A DNA stretch of 60,992 bases, counting the filler, from Sphacelaria rigidula (lineage: Eukaryota): assembly GCA_964200075.2 (NCBI GenBank). It is 8 parts of 8 records of this genome, joined end to end, with 100 filler letters (N's around TTAATTAATTAA, not from the genome) between each part and the next. Parts side by side here need not be neighbours in the genome. Positions count along the whole stretch, not along the records: positions 1 to 7,537 come from CAXNAA020014447.1; positions 7,638 to 15,174 come from CAXNAA020014448.1; 6 more parts are not named here. One strand, given 5' to 3'. The translations under genes and the position numbers were made by a program. Position 1 is the first letter of the stretch. Each line of letters starts with the position of its first letter. Below, one piece after another: positions 1-12,504 of the stretch. The notes beneath the pieces are model-generated. The model saw only the letters and a list, made by a program, of their open reading frames with translations, had not been told where the DNA came from and did no database searches.

Positions 1-1670
1 AAAATGCTAGACTGAGGTCTGTGCAGTATAGGAAGGAAACATGATCTCGATCGTTATTGTGAAAAATCTTGGATCCATGTCGTTCTCTTCCGATGACGTG
101 AGGCATATTTTACCCGACCAGCCTGGATAAACCCCAAAAGTCGATATGTTCGTGTCTCTTCGTGATTGGTCGGTGACACGTTTTTTGCCCATTTTGGGGG
201 GTCAGGCGCACCCGTAACTGTCCGTGTGTACCTTGGGAGCCACGGAGCAATGTGTACGCTCCAAGCTCTAAGCCAACGCACACGATGCCATCAAGCTTAC
301 ATTCCGTGAGCTTGACTGTACACCACACCACAAGCATGTTCTGTGAACTTGGCTGGCTTGTGGCTTGTCTCTTGTCCGAGAGACGGTGCGAGCCTGTGCA
401 GCTCGCCCCCCGTCTCTCACTCCACTTCACTTCCCGGTCCACTTCTGGGATCCTTACTGTCAGCTCTCCTGAGCACTGTCCTGTCCTCAACGCACCGTCA
501 TAGCTTAATCGACAGAGCACTGTGCTGTCCCAGAGAGGCGAGGGCTCATAACCCTCTGGCGGTGTTCTACTGTTGTGTACTAAACCATATAAGTTAAACC
601 CCATTTTAGTGTTTTAACCGAAAACTTAGAATCGGCTGTTCTACGGAGGGTTGAATGCGTGTGGTTGATATGTTGTTTCTTATCAAGAACAGATGATCGT
701 CTTGTTATCTCATCTACTCCGGCTATTGGTGTGATTGAAGACACCGCCGGATAAACGTACAATGTCTTGGCCTGTAGTTGTGATCGTTGTTGGCGTTGTG
801 GCTCGGGGGTGCTTCGTTGGTGTATATAGCAAACTATATTCCTTGGAGCGGGGTCGGGCTTCTGATGGTTGATGAAAAAATCGTGTCGGTCGACGTGTGT
901 TGTTTGCGACAAACTGACGGTAAGGTCCAAATATGTCTCTCCGGGGTACATTTGATGAGTGTCGCTGACGGCAACAAGCGTCTACAACCCGCTGCACCCT
1001 TCCATCACCCCTTGTGTCTCAACAGACCATTCCACCCTCCTCCAGCAACAGCAGTACGCTTGTACGATAGGAAAGAAACAGCTATGTGCACCTTCTCGGG
1101 CTACTGACTGGGTTATCGTGCGATCCAGTCTTCAGAAACCCGGGCATACAGTGAGTTCATTCGCCCTGTTTTGAACGTGCTTCAGCAATTGTTTTCGAGG
1201 TCAACGTTGTACTTCGTATAACGAAAGTGATTCCCTATTGAGTCGGGTCTGAACTTGAAGCAACACAACACAATAACCGTATGCTGCGCTTGATTGTATC
1301 CTGGGAAGCAGGAACACTACCAACGTCGCTTGGAGACTCTTGAACACTAAAGCACAGGTTTCTTTCATGTTGATCGAGGCTACGCAGGTATTCGGCTGCA
1401 CTAGTGTTGTCGTCGATTTCATGCCGTTATTTTAATATTGTGGGCACCACGGGGGTGGACATGTTCTTCTCGAGATGACCGAGGCTCCAAGCCCCCGGAC
1501 ACAGTGGTCAGGAGCTAACAAAGCAGTTTGCCAGCTGCTTGAGCCGCTACGTGTGTACAATGCTAGTTTGGGAACGGATCTCGGCGAAGCAATGCACAGA
1601 TTAGCACGGGAGAAAAAATGAAAGGACAAATGTGTGAATAAGCAGTACATGTATGCCTGAAGAAGCCCAC

Positions 1671-4600
1671 CTCTTGCCACACAGCGGGCTCCAGTATCTC
1701 TCTTGCGGAGATGGACCTCTTGTCTTGTCGAATCGCTTGCTGCTCGTGCGGTAGCACCTGTCAGCACCCCAGCACCGTACATACACGTGCACACATTTAC
1801 ATAAACACATATTCATAACGCCGTTTCGTTCAAAATTTAACGAAAGTAAACACGCCGCGGGGGTCTTCATAACGTGCACGGCAAGATATAGGTTGATGAC
1901 CCCTCAAAACAAGGAGTGTGTCGCGAGGCATCAGGGAAAGGGGGAAATGTAAATGGTGCAGAGAGTGATGCGACGCCGAATGGAGACACTATGACCCAAC
2001 GGAAGACGAACTATCACGAGGGACCTGCTCATACCCTGGAGTTTACTTCAGTTTTAAAGCGGTGTGGGACACACGCTGGTCGACACACGCTGGTCGCTAG
2101 CCGTGAAGAGTGACTTTCTTCGTGGGGACAAGATCAGGTAGCAAACTGTCTGGTAAACCGGCTGAAGGTTTCGTGGAAATTTTTCAGGAGACGGAGGTTT
2201 AGGGACTCCGAGAGCGTCAGGCATGTCAAAAACATGTCCCCACCTCTCCCACAAAATAAAACAGTTGTGAACGTGACGAGCTGGATTACTTAAAGGCAGG
2301 ATAAATAAGGGGAACGAGAAGTAAGTGCACAGGCAAGGGCGGGCGAAATAAAACCAAAGGTGGTGTTAGGAAAGGGTGTATTTCCCCAGGGACTGGTTTT
2401 CGGGGTATTTGCAGTGCCGAGCACTTTGGGGGTACCTGAAGTATCGTCTACAGGAACGACGGCGTTTTCTTGCAGTGTACGCTGAACAGAATTTGTGCAG
2501 GCACAGCTCTGCTGCTAAGTACGCAATGGATTTCAGCGTGTACTGAACAGAATGCTCTATTCCCCACAGATCAAATATACTGGTATTGATGTAAAATAAC
2601 TGGACAACGCTATGCTCTACTTTCTGTAGGCGTGCAATTGTCCCAGAGCATCCGCTGCGTTCTTTCTTTTCATTTGTCGCACTTTGAACGCCTCTCCCTC
2701 CTCGGGCTGAGTCCGTGGTCTCAAGGGATCAACCCATCTCTCCCCGGTACACGCCTTACATTTTGGTCTCGCGGATTGGGTCAGTACTCCCGCACCGCGT
2801 CAACTCGCGTCAAACAAACTCAGTTAACAACTTTGCTTCCTCACGTTATCACGCTTTCCACGGTGGAAATCAGATATTACGAAGAAAAAAATCAACGCAT
2901 GGGGAAACGAACCCTCGTTTTCTCCACCCCAAGGCCGTTTCTTCCGGTTCGTACTTTGGTTGGCTCGTATTTCCCACTTTTAGGACATTTGACGAGGTTT
3001 TTGACCCCCAAACAGGGAAAATCGCCACCATACGTCTCGAACACTTCGTATCACCCCACCGAAAGGAGCCTAGCCCACTTTTCCGATTCGCCTGGGTCAG
3101 AGATTTCGAGAGCGGGCTCTGGACAAAAATACGACAAAAACATACATTCCCAAGTCTGTAGGAATTTTCACCTGCAAATACCTACAGACTGTGCAATGTA
3201 TGTTTTTCTCGTATTTTTGTCCAGAGGCCGCTCTCGAAATTTCTGACCCAGGCGAATCGGAAAAGTGGGCTAGGCTCCTTTCGGTGGGGTGATACAAAGT
3301 GTCCAAGTCGTGTGGTGGCGATTTTCCCTGTCTGGGGGTCAAAAACCTCGTCAAATGTCCTAAAAGTGGGAAATACGAGCCAAACAAAATACGAACCGGA
3401 AGAAACGGCCTAATGGCGACAGTCGGGCTATGACAGCACCCGGGCGTGGCAATGGACATAGATTTCAAGTGCCTTGACTCAGAACCGCACCCTGGAAGCG
3501 AAAACCATCAAGATTCTCCGTGTAATATTGAATTGTCGAGGGTACCATCGACTGCGAGGAAAGTGCTCCGCGAGGCTAAAGCGTTGGAGTCGATGGTTGT
3601 TTTTTACCCCAAACGTTTCCTGTCTTGCTGAAAATGTCCCAAAGATCCATCCACCAATGTGTGGGGTATCCACGCAACGTTTTGGGCAATCAGGCCAAAG
3701 AAATCGTGAATTTGGTGATTTTGAGTCGTGAGTATTTGTCCTAACCGTGGAATGAATGTGATGTCTGCGCATGACTCTTTCCATCGGAGCCATGTGGCAG
3801 AGGCAGCCCATTTCTATTTTTATTTTTTCGCAGTCTACTCTGTCTGCTCTAACGTTTCTACTTTTTCTTCTACTTTTCTTAAGCGAGCACTTCCGTCTTG
3901 TTTTGTCTCGGGTACGTCTATCATGTGGAGTGTGACCGCGGTTGGATCATGACCCCTGGGGGATCAATAAAATTGCGAAAAATCGATCAATTCGTGTAGC
4001 TACCAAACTGTAACACGAAATGGGTGTACTCATGATCATGCATGCCATAGTCATCAGACCATTGACCTCGCATCCCTTCAGAGCTAGGACGGAGCACGCC
4101 GAATTTTCGCCAGACAAGGCTCGCGGTCACTCACCAAGGGCGAAGCGCCGTGGTGTGATCGGAGAGTCGCATAAAGGGTGAGCAGCATCTTGCTAAGATT
4201 TTTCGGCATGAAGCCAACTGATTATCTTGCATTTTGATGACAGCCAACAATGACTTGCTGTATTATCTGGTATTGCCTCTTCCAGTGACAGCCGCGGCTT
4301 AAACACTGCCTCGTGGTTGTCTCACCATTTGAACACTCTGCAGTACGAGCATCCCCATTGTGCGGAGTAACACGGGGAGGGGGGTCACACACCATACACT
4401 GGAAGTGCATCTACCAAACTGCATGTTTTGGTGTGCCTGCAAAACCGTCTGTCATGCATGACCACGGATGGATTCGTGGCGTATCAGTTGATGTGCGAGA
4501 GCCGGTCAATTTACCATGTACAGAACCACACGACAAGGGCATCCAAACAAACGCAATCACGCACCTGAACTCGTGACTCCTTCCAGCCCAAGGCCTTCTC

Positions 4601-4696
4601 CAAAGCCCATATCTCATCATCCACGAAATCCATGACAAGCAGCAGGTTGAACCTTTCCAGCATGTCTATTGCTCGCTCAAAGTCTCTCCATTCCAC
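1671..4696 (-). CDS. Probable multi-exon gene, sulfotransferase-like C-terminal region (partial); exons 4565-4696 and 1671-1757
   Basis: Two phase-0 exons with AG/GT boundaries join in frame: VEWRDFERAIDMLERFNLLLVMDFVDDEIWALEKALGWKESRVQ|VLPHEQQAIRQDKRSISAREILEPAVWQE. The pattern 'ERA..ML..F.LLL......L...LGW' resembles algal sulfotransferase-like proteins (recalled, not searched). Further candidate exons near 5100-5131, 5385-5481 and 5912-5977 are unresolved. Confidence 0.45.
2695..3445 (-). mobile_element. tRNA-derived SINE family B copy, interrupted by a MITE at 2933-3410
   Basis: Shares GAGTCCGTGGTCTCAAGGGATCAACCCATCTC and the following body with 17575-17852 and 59050-59343. The sequence resumes after the insertion as TAATGGCGACAGTCGG, matching 59298 onward. 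Confidence 0.7.
2933..3410. mobile_element. PIF/Harbinger-like foldback MITE (~478 bp, almost entirely palindromic)
   Basis: GGCCGTTTCTTCCGGTTCGTA...TACGAACCGGAAGAAACGGCC, with arms of more than 200 bp. Flanks are CAA (left) and TAA (right); the empty site in the SINE copy at 59290-59312 reads CTCCACCC-TAA-TGGTGACAG, consistent with a TAA TSD. Confidence 0.8.
4021..4368 (+). repeat. Dispersed ~350-400 bp repeat family beginning GGGTGTACTCATGATC(A/T)TGCATGCCAT
   Basis: Homologous copies at ~35915-36290 (+), 57926-58318 (-) and a terminus at 53457-53500 (-). Confidence 0.7.
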
Positions 4697-6889
4697 CTGT
4701 TTCGTTTTGTTCGAAATGCATGTGCCTGACCGTTCACGCAGTGTCATTCCTCATTTGATCTTGAAAGCTGACGACAAGCTGTTCACCATGATATCACTCG
4801 AAAACACTACTATGTACTGTACGGTACCGTTTCCACTTTACCTAGCTCACTCCAACAACACGAGCAGACCGCACAAACCACAGGGGGGAACTCACCACGA
4901 AAGCGGCCTCGCTACAAAGAAGGACGTCCTTGCATGAGAAATTCATAGCGTTAGACCCACAAGCACGGCGGTAAGGAACGAGCCAACCCACCAGTATTGC
5001 TCAGCCCATTCTATAGGAAGGAAAATTCTCGCCAGCGCCAAACCGTACTACTTTCATCAGAAGCTGCGAGAAGCCGCAAACAACCCCCGTATTTGTGACC
5101 TCGCCTTCGCACGGGCCTGCCTTGTCGCACACTACTCCAAAACGCTCAAAATTACATGGAATATACTCACAAAAAAACACGATCGACGCCGTACGAAAAC
5201 GGGACTTAGTGAACCGTACATCGGCACACTTATGCCCACACGATATGCTTGATACCTTTAGGCGGCATCATATGTTCGCTTTGAGGATTGAGAGCCTCGG
5301 CACAACATCCAGCACGAAGGGCGTCGACAAGGTCAGGGGGGCAACAAATTTGTTTTCTGAATAACAGCGGACAGCGTTTGCACGTAAGAAAATATGTCCT
5401 AGCCGAAGATCCGATGCAACCCAAAGATCTCTGCACGATATTTTCGAACGACAAATATTTCAGGGGCGTGTCCACAACAGCTGTTGAGAAAAACCGAGGA
5501 TGGGACTACCAAAGCCAGGACGATATCTCCGTGAGGAGTAGGGCGGGGGGGGGTTGAGCAGGAGAAGGGAAGGTGAACGATGGTAATCACGATCATGCAA
5601 CCAGCCCCCAACATGAACAACACAGAACGACACACACGTCCTGCAAGGATACCGAAGGTACCAATGTATACCACCCCCGATTGACGGGCTTCGAAGGGTC
5701 CAGGAGCCCGTCAGTCGCACACGAGGCCCCCCAAAAACGTTTCAGTCGGGGGGTGATGGTATTCATTCAGGGAGAGCGACAGAAAAAGTACCTCCGCGAA
5801 GCACTGTAGGTACCGTTATGGTAACAAAAATGGCCGGAAAAAGTTAGTTTCCAGCGTTGTATCACACGTACCCGTGATGAAACGAAAATGTGTGGCAAAC
5901 AGGACGCTTACCTTGCTTCCCCAGCTACCGAACTTGCGGTAGGTCCATCCCAAGTCACCAGGTCCTCGTATATAACCCTGTCAACACAAGGGGTCGAGGG
6001 CCAGTCGTCGAAATAAAAGATAGCAGAGTAAAGGTTTAGAATGTGTGCAATAGGTCTAGGGCCGAAGCGGATAAGAGTAGGGCGGCGCGTACACTGCGTC
6101 AAGTTGACAGCGGGTTTTAGGAGGCCGGACCCCCACACTGCCTTGAGTAAAGCTTGTGAACGCCCGAGGCGCCTATTCCACATGACTGCTGCGAGGCAGT
6201 CTAGATGAGGCTCCAGGTAATCGGCGCACAAACCCGCTTGCGGGGTAAGTGCTGGCTCAGGTCTTCTCCCTCCTTCAATGATATGTACATGTATATATAT
6301 ATATATATAGGTCCGACCCTCTTGTACGCTGCAAAATGAGCCAGAATTCGACATGTCCATACAAACGCAGAAAGTCAACAAAGTGACCAACAGGCGACAC
6401 ATCCCAGACTGTATTCCTGCTTGAAAACAAATGGGGCCGTTCTTGCACGCAAACGGTAAGGTCGCGGGTGCGTTACGCCAACCAACGTGCTTGCTGTGGT
6501 TCGGTACATGGGTGGAACCGCTGAAACCGTTGTCGAGCGATGTGACTGCTTACACAGGGCATGTGCTAATGGTTGTGGTTTCTTCTCACACACATAGCCC
6601 TACTCCAGGAATTTCGTGCCCGGGGTCACGACGCGGTGTCACAAAAAGACAGAATGGGAGGGAAAATAAGACGCCTACGAAAAGAAGAACATGGGGCCCC
6701 CGCAGGGCGCGGTTTTCAAACACACCAACGGAAACAAAAACGCAAAAACATACGTACGGCTCGAAAGAACAAGTTAGAAATGAGAAATACTCGTCGGTTA
6801 TATGGTACGTGGGCTCCAGGAGACCAAAAAAGTCCAAGTAGGGACACTTCATGGTTCGGCATACCGAGCGAGTCAGGGCGGGACAGGAA

Positions 6890-6995
6890 GGAACAGGGCA
6901 CGGCAAGGCAAGGCAAGGCAAGAAAAGGAAAGACGACTCAAGGCGAGACAAGGCGAGGCAAGGCGAGGCAAGGCGAGGCAAGGCGAGGCAAGGCA
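6890..6995. repeat. Pentamer microsatellite (AAGGC/GAGGC)n
   Basis: Directly visible; it explains the ARQGE-type and LALPR-type ORFs in the ORF track. Confidence 0.9.
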
Positions 6996-7537
6996 CGGTA
7001 AGACGACGCGATAAGAGCCAGCAGGTGATGGGACAAAAGAAACGAGCCTACAGAAATGGAAACGTAACGACAATTCAGGCCACAGGACAGGACAGAATGA
7101 AAAGCAAAAAACCAAAGCAAACCAGACCAACACAAAAGCAATAAACAAGACAAGGTGAAAGGATAAAGGAAATGTAAAGAAAGGAGGGTAGTGTCGTCAG
7201 GCTGTCACAGATCCCGCAACGCGCTCTGCCTCCTCCCTCTTCGTTCTTCTCTGACAGTGGTGCGGGGGGCCTCCCCTCCGCTTTCCGATTTCGGTTTCGT
7301 TCTCCTTCCGTCCTCTTCGCCGCTTCGTTTTCTTTTCGACCTGTCCGCAGCCTCGCTCTCCTTCGTTCGTCCGTCTTGTTTTTCGTGCTCTCAGACCGGC
7401 GCTTCGCTGCTCCCTATTTTGTCGGTGTCATTTTGCCACGAACTATTCCAAGGGTCGGACAAATAATGATTCGTCTGAAAATTACTCGGTTTTTGTATGA
7501 TGAGTCGACTCGTGACGAAGCAATACCTAGGCTTTAT

Positions 7538-7637
7538 NNNNNNNNNNNNNNNNNNNNNNNNNNNNNNNNNNNNNNNNNNNNTTAATTAATTAANNNNNNN
7601 NNNNNNNNNNNNNNNNNNNNNNNNNNNNNNNNNNNNN
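7538..7637. other. Artificial contig linker (N44-TTAATTAATTAA-N44)
   Basis: Identical 100-bp spacers at 7538, 15175, 22812, 30449, 38085, 45721 and 53357. TTAATTAATTAA places stop codons in all six frames. Confidence 0.98.
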
Positions 7638-7638
7638 G

Positions 7639-7893
7639 ATGCCCACTGACTTTCTTGTCGGCCTAATGCCCCTCGATCGCGTAGATACTTCTTCAGCGCA
7701 TTTTATCGACTCTGTGAGCTTACAGCGCTGTCCGAAACCGCCATTTCTACTTATTTGTTAGGGGAGGGGGGGGTGATATCAGGGAAAATAGCAGTTTCGG
7801 TCAGCGCTGTAAGCTCACAGCGTCGGTGAAATGCGCTGAAAAAGTATCTACGCGATTGAGGGGCATTAGGCCGACAAAAAAGTCATTGGGCAT
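7639..7893. mobile_element. Foldback element / MITE (~255 bp, left end cut by the contig edge)
   Basis: ATGCCCACTGACTTTCTTGTCGGCCTAATGCCCCTC... is the imperfect reverse complement of ...GAGGGGCATTAGGCCGACAAAAAAGTCATTGGGCAT, with arms of about 105 bp. Confidence 0.7.
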
Positions 7894-8479
7894 TATCGCT
7901 GAAAGTGTTGAGAAAGTACTGTTTTGGGCTCGAACCTCATTTCATTGATGAACCTCATCTTATAGAATCCTCTGTTACTTGGCGTTCGCCGGAAATGAAG
8001 CGGCTAGATGTTTTCGCTAAGCCTTCACGTTTGGCGAACGCCAAATATTTCGGACCCCAGCGCAATACTCCGCAGAGCTTCCCTTGGTGCACGCCGTGAC
8101 GCCCGCACGCGTACAAGATCGTCAGGAACCTTGCCAGTGACACCTTGGGCCATGTCAGAGGTCAGGAAGCGCCGTGGACTACAAGCATTGGCGTCCTCGG
8201 GTCGTCGAAGGTGGGTCAACGTGGACGTGACTCCGCTTCCATGAGTCAGCCAGCACCACGCTGGTGAGTGCTGTGTGCGTTTCTGTTCAAGCGGCATGCA
8301 GGAAATTGATATGCTCTGCCGCATACGCACAGTCACGCCTTCTCGCATGCGCTGTGACTATGACGGTACTGGAGGAGAGTGCTTGGCCCTTGCGTTCACG
8401 GTGTAGTCCTTGCCGGGGTTGCCTTTGGTCGTAGGCAGCGGTGTTCCCGAAAAGGGTTCTAACCCTAACCAGTTTCGAG

Positions 8480-8850
8480 TGAAGGAGGAAGTGCATGTAC
8501 AGAATTACCCCTCTGGCGAAGCAATAGACAGTAAAACTCATATTGTGGCAGGATGTGAAGTATACAAGGAGGAACGGGACGTGTTAGAGGGGGAAATGCG
8601 GCCAGTAAACGAAGGTGGCATGGAAACACTTGATGCATGAGATAGTAGCGAGAAAATGACCGCTCCAGCAGGGGACAGATGGCGGCCCCAGACAGTGGAT
8701 CAGGTTTTGTGTTATGTGTAGAAGAAACGGGATTAGCGCCCAAATATTAGGGATTTATCTATCAGGAGTAAGACGGTGGTCCGTCTCGAAAGAGTTGCGT
8801 GGTCAACAGTCAAAGGACGGCAAGCAAAAAACAAGTACTCCCCTCCCTTC
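8480..8850 (+). mobile_element. 3' fragment of a non-LTR retrotransposon (LINE ORF2 C-terminus plus 3' UTR)
   Basis: Translates as EEEVHVQNYPSGEAIDSKTHIVAGCEVYKEERDVLEGEMR (degenerate CCHC-like motif). Homologous to 12505-13215 (-) and 45821-46100 (+). Confidence 0.65.
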
Positions 8851-9209
8851 CACGCCCCACCGCCCCCGGTGCTTTCCGCATGCGGGGTAACCGGTATTCG
8901 GGATTTACACCCAAATTTTGGAGACGTTTCACAAGTGACGTTTCGTTTGTTTTAAACGCCAAGTTTCGAATGCCGGCCTCTACCCTTTCCAGGAGAAAAT
9001 AGCAATGATGGCCGAAGCTTTTCCTCCCCCAGCGCCTCTTCATGCAGAGGAAAACTTGCGTCTAATGTTCGCGCACGCTGTTGTCATATTGCAGCCATGA
9101 CATACTTGATGGTCTACGTTTTGTTTCGGAGTGGTCGATACGGTGACTTGTGGTCGCATGAGAAACCGCAAGTCTACTTGTACTGTACTGGTTGGCATCA
9201 TTCCGCATC

Positions 9210-12200
9210 TCAGCTCGTCAGCGACGCTGCATCACGGGAGTTCAACGTGCTTGCAATCTGGTAAAACTTCGGCCGAGTCTCTGGCTCGGCCCGCCAGCAA
9301 GCCCGCACGACAGCCGAGATGTCATTAGCAACGCGGACGGGGATCTCCGGACGATCTCCCTTGATCACGACGCGCCTGTAGATGTCTTGGCCGCGGGCCT
9401 CGCCACACCAGGGTAGTTCTCGTGTCAGCACTTCCCACACCACCATCCCAAAACTGTAAACATCGCTAGAGCACGAGCTGATGCCTTCATTGAGAACCTT
9501 TGGTCAAAGCGACGGGGGTGTAAAGAAACACAGCATGCGCGTGGAAATCGTTCACCGTGACCAAGCGATGACTTTGATTAAAATATCACCATCATAATCA
9601 CATGAAGTTACCGGCGCTGTTATCACAAGCACGTGTAGTATGCATCTGCCAATGGCAGCTTGCTGTCATAGGGTTTGGCCAAGCGTGCTGCCTGATATCT
9701 TCTCCCGAAACATGTTTCTCTGAATAAGTTCGACCTTACGCACGAACGGGCCCGCAACTCCCACGCCTGACAAGCTCCTTAACATCAACACTTCCTGAAA
9801 CCATGCCCGCCGAAACACAAAATACGAAGGCACCCCCTCTCGTGAAGCCTATTAGCACCAGACGAATATACAAGTATTACAAGAGTATTTCATCTCTGCC
9901 CACAGTATGTTGCAAAAATCTAGACGATGCAGTCTATATTCATTATGTTTGAATGAAGTCGTTGCAACAAAAGATAGCGGCACAATCTGTTGCGTTTCAT
10001 CGAAATAATGAACCACGGAAGACCGTTTCATAAGTATCATTTTCACGGAGAGTACCTCTTTTGTGTTGATATATAGTCTACCTGTGTGAATGACGTTTCA
10101 GGTAGAATATTGCTACAGTAGGCGTGATGCCATGATTTGTCCATGAAAGATACTCTAGCAGAGTATTCAGGCCACGTAAGCTACAGGATATCTTGTATGC
10201 AACGTTGCAGTAAATATAAGCTGGCAAGGCTACCGCGTCAGCAATAGCGAGGTTGAATTGAATGATACGATTAGACCTTACGCACGTGTAGAGTGTTTGA
10301 TTCTTCCAGGATTGAGCATGGTTGTGATCGGTGGTTCCTATCGCCCGTGCAATTACTTTCCCAAGCTTACCCAGCTCTTCTTCATTTCCTCAGCCCTCCG
10401 GTTGCAAAAGAGGCTGCCTTGATTTTGTTCGGCCGAAGTGAAGAGCCCCAAAGATAATATTTTTTGTCTTTTGACTTTCTGTCTGCTGCAGAAGGCAGGA
10501 ATTGACTTCTACGGTGCAACCTCTGCTATACTACTGTCTCTGCGACGGTAGTCGGTTTGTTTTGATAACAGCACCAAACGCAACGAGCCACAAATATTTC
10601 CAGCACAGTAAAGCACCCTTGAGTTTGGAAGTAGATGCATACACCAACGCATTTTTACTCGACCACGATCAGCTCCGGTTCGCCTAGTGTCCTCTGCTGG
10701 GGATCTGTGCATCTCACTCAACGTGGGACCCGTGGCAAAGTAGCATCGTCACGGCGACTTTGGTTCACAACTGGGAATGCACATCACCAGCTAGGCCCAG
10801 CAGTAGAGATCTATTCGACGCTTCTTGGCCACAGTGTGGTGAACGATAAGCACTGGGTGTGTATGAACGAGACGGTTCTTCGAAGCAAATGATGAGACGA
10901 GCTTAGAACGTGCAGGATTAGATCGAAACGCGAGAGTGCAGGGAAACAAATAATTTGGACTGCAGAGGGCACAGTAGTTTACCGCAAGGCTATATCTTGC
11001 GTCTGAAGGCATCGCACCTCCGGAGCTGCCCACGGAAATGACATGTGGGTGTGTTGGACACCTTTTGTTGTGTATGTCGCCAGCCCCGTGGATTTGGTGT
11101 GCTGGGTCCAGAGTGCGGTCCCAAAATCAGCAATCTGAATCACCACAGAAAATAAGAGAAACGGCGCGAAACAATACGTGTATGCGGTGACGTCACCGCA
11201 TCAACTTGTCGCTATGAGTTAAGCAGTCCAACGCATCAACAAAATACCCGCCAGGGTACTGCCGGCGCTAGCTGGAAAAAATGGGACGGTGTTATCAAGT
11301 GCATGCAGACAGCCGCCAAAAATATCAGCCCAGAACAGGTGCACAGCACAGGTGCCTGCGGCATGTGAGTGGACGCAGTGCGCAAGCCGTTGTCAATTTT
11401 ACCGTAAAACTGAAACCGCGAAAGCTTGTACTCGCCGGCACGTGAACTTCGCCCCGCTCTCGGGACAAACCTCCAACGCCTTTCTGATGACCAACCAGCT
11501 TCATTGCTTGAGTACACATAAACTGAACCGAAACACCCTGTGATGTACGTACCACACCACTCTTTCTAGCTTACCATGCTGTCCACACATTCACGTTTTA
11601 TTTTTCATACCTTAGCTCGACCCAACCCGTCAAAGAGCACATTGGCCGACTTGAGATCGCCATGTACTGTTTCCTTTCCATGCAAGAATGCCATCCCGGC
11701 ACAAATATCCCCAATGATCTTTCGAACCCGGTGTTCTGGGAGAGGGTCTTTGGATCGCTTGGCGTGTCTCCTCAGCAGTGTTCGTAGGTCACCTCCTGTA
11801 AGCAGCTCCATAACAATTACGAACCGGTCTGCCCGTACGGTCATGGCGCCGTAGACGTGCACAGTATGCGGGCTGCGCAGACGTATCATGGCTTCTAGCT
11901 CACGCATCAGAACTCGACGTTGTGCTTCGTTCCGCTCTTTAACCTGATTGAACAGGTACAACAGGTTCTACTGGTGAAAAGGAATGGTCGTCGGGGCGGC
12001 TCATGGTACATAGTTGCGGGGATCATCTCGCCCTGCCGAGTCGTCGCTGTATCGACAACGTCCCGAGACACAGGTATACAGTTAACACACACTGCGGTAC
12101 ATTCAACATGTGACCTACACCCAGGCGGTCATGAAGGCAATGCATTGGTACGAAATACACGTATGTATACCCACCCACCCATACACGCGGGCGCACACAC

Positions 12201-12431
12201 AGTATATAAATATATCCGAAGTATATCTATATATATATATATATTTTCTTCGTTGAGGATATCACGAAGGAAGTACTGTCTATGGGAGAAGATCTCGTGT
12301 TGACTCACGCGCTTCTGCTCTTCCACGTCATGTAGATAGTCTTCGTCATCACTAACCGCCGCATCCACATCAGGGTTGATCTCGATCACTTTGGCGGCAG
12401 CGTTGCGTCCGTTGTAGTCCACCATGTACAC
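9210..12431 (-). CDS. TKL-family protein kinase; exons 12309-12431, 11611-11943, 11018-11134, 9210-9497 (5' exon not resolved)
   Basis: Four phase-0 exons with AG/GT boundaries give VYMVDYNGRNAAAKV (subdomain II Lys), RELEAMIRLRSPHTVHVYG, HGDLKSANVL, IADFG, WAAPE, SDVYSFGMVVWEVLTRELPW and CW..EPETRPKF, ending at TGA 9210-9212. Confidence 0.92.
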
Positions 12432-12504
12432 CTTCGGTCGAATGTCGGCCAACGTAGGTGCGGGGGTAAGGGTACATTCGGCGTGGCCGGGGGAGATGGA
12501 AGCG

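Noticed and set aside
1916..2520. Possible Copia gag/protease remnant
   Set aside because: Only vague resemblance (FRGNFSG, VFPQGLVFGVF); no intact CCHC or D(S/T)G motif.
2632..3468. Long ORFs on both strands (204, 148 and 123 aa)
   Set aside because: They are by-products of the palindromic MITE and SINE; the same peptide appears on both strands.
6431..7153. Overlapping ORFs with ARQG/LALPR repeats
   Set aside because: Caused by a stop-free pentamer microsatellite.
7582..7593. TTAATTAATTAA as a regularly spaced biological motif
   Set aside because: It is always centred in an N-run; it is an artificial six-frame stop linker.
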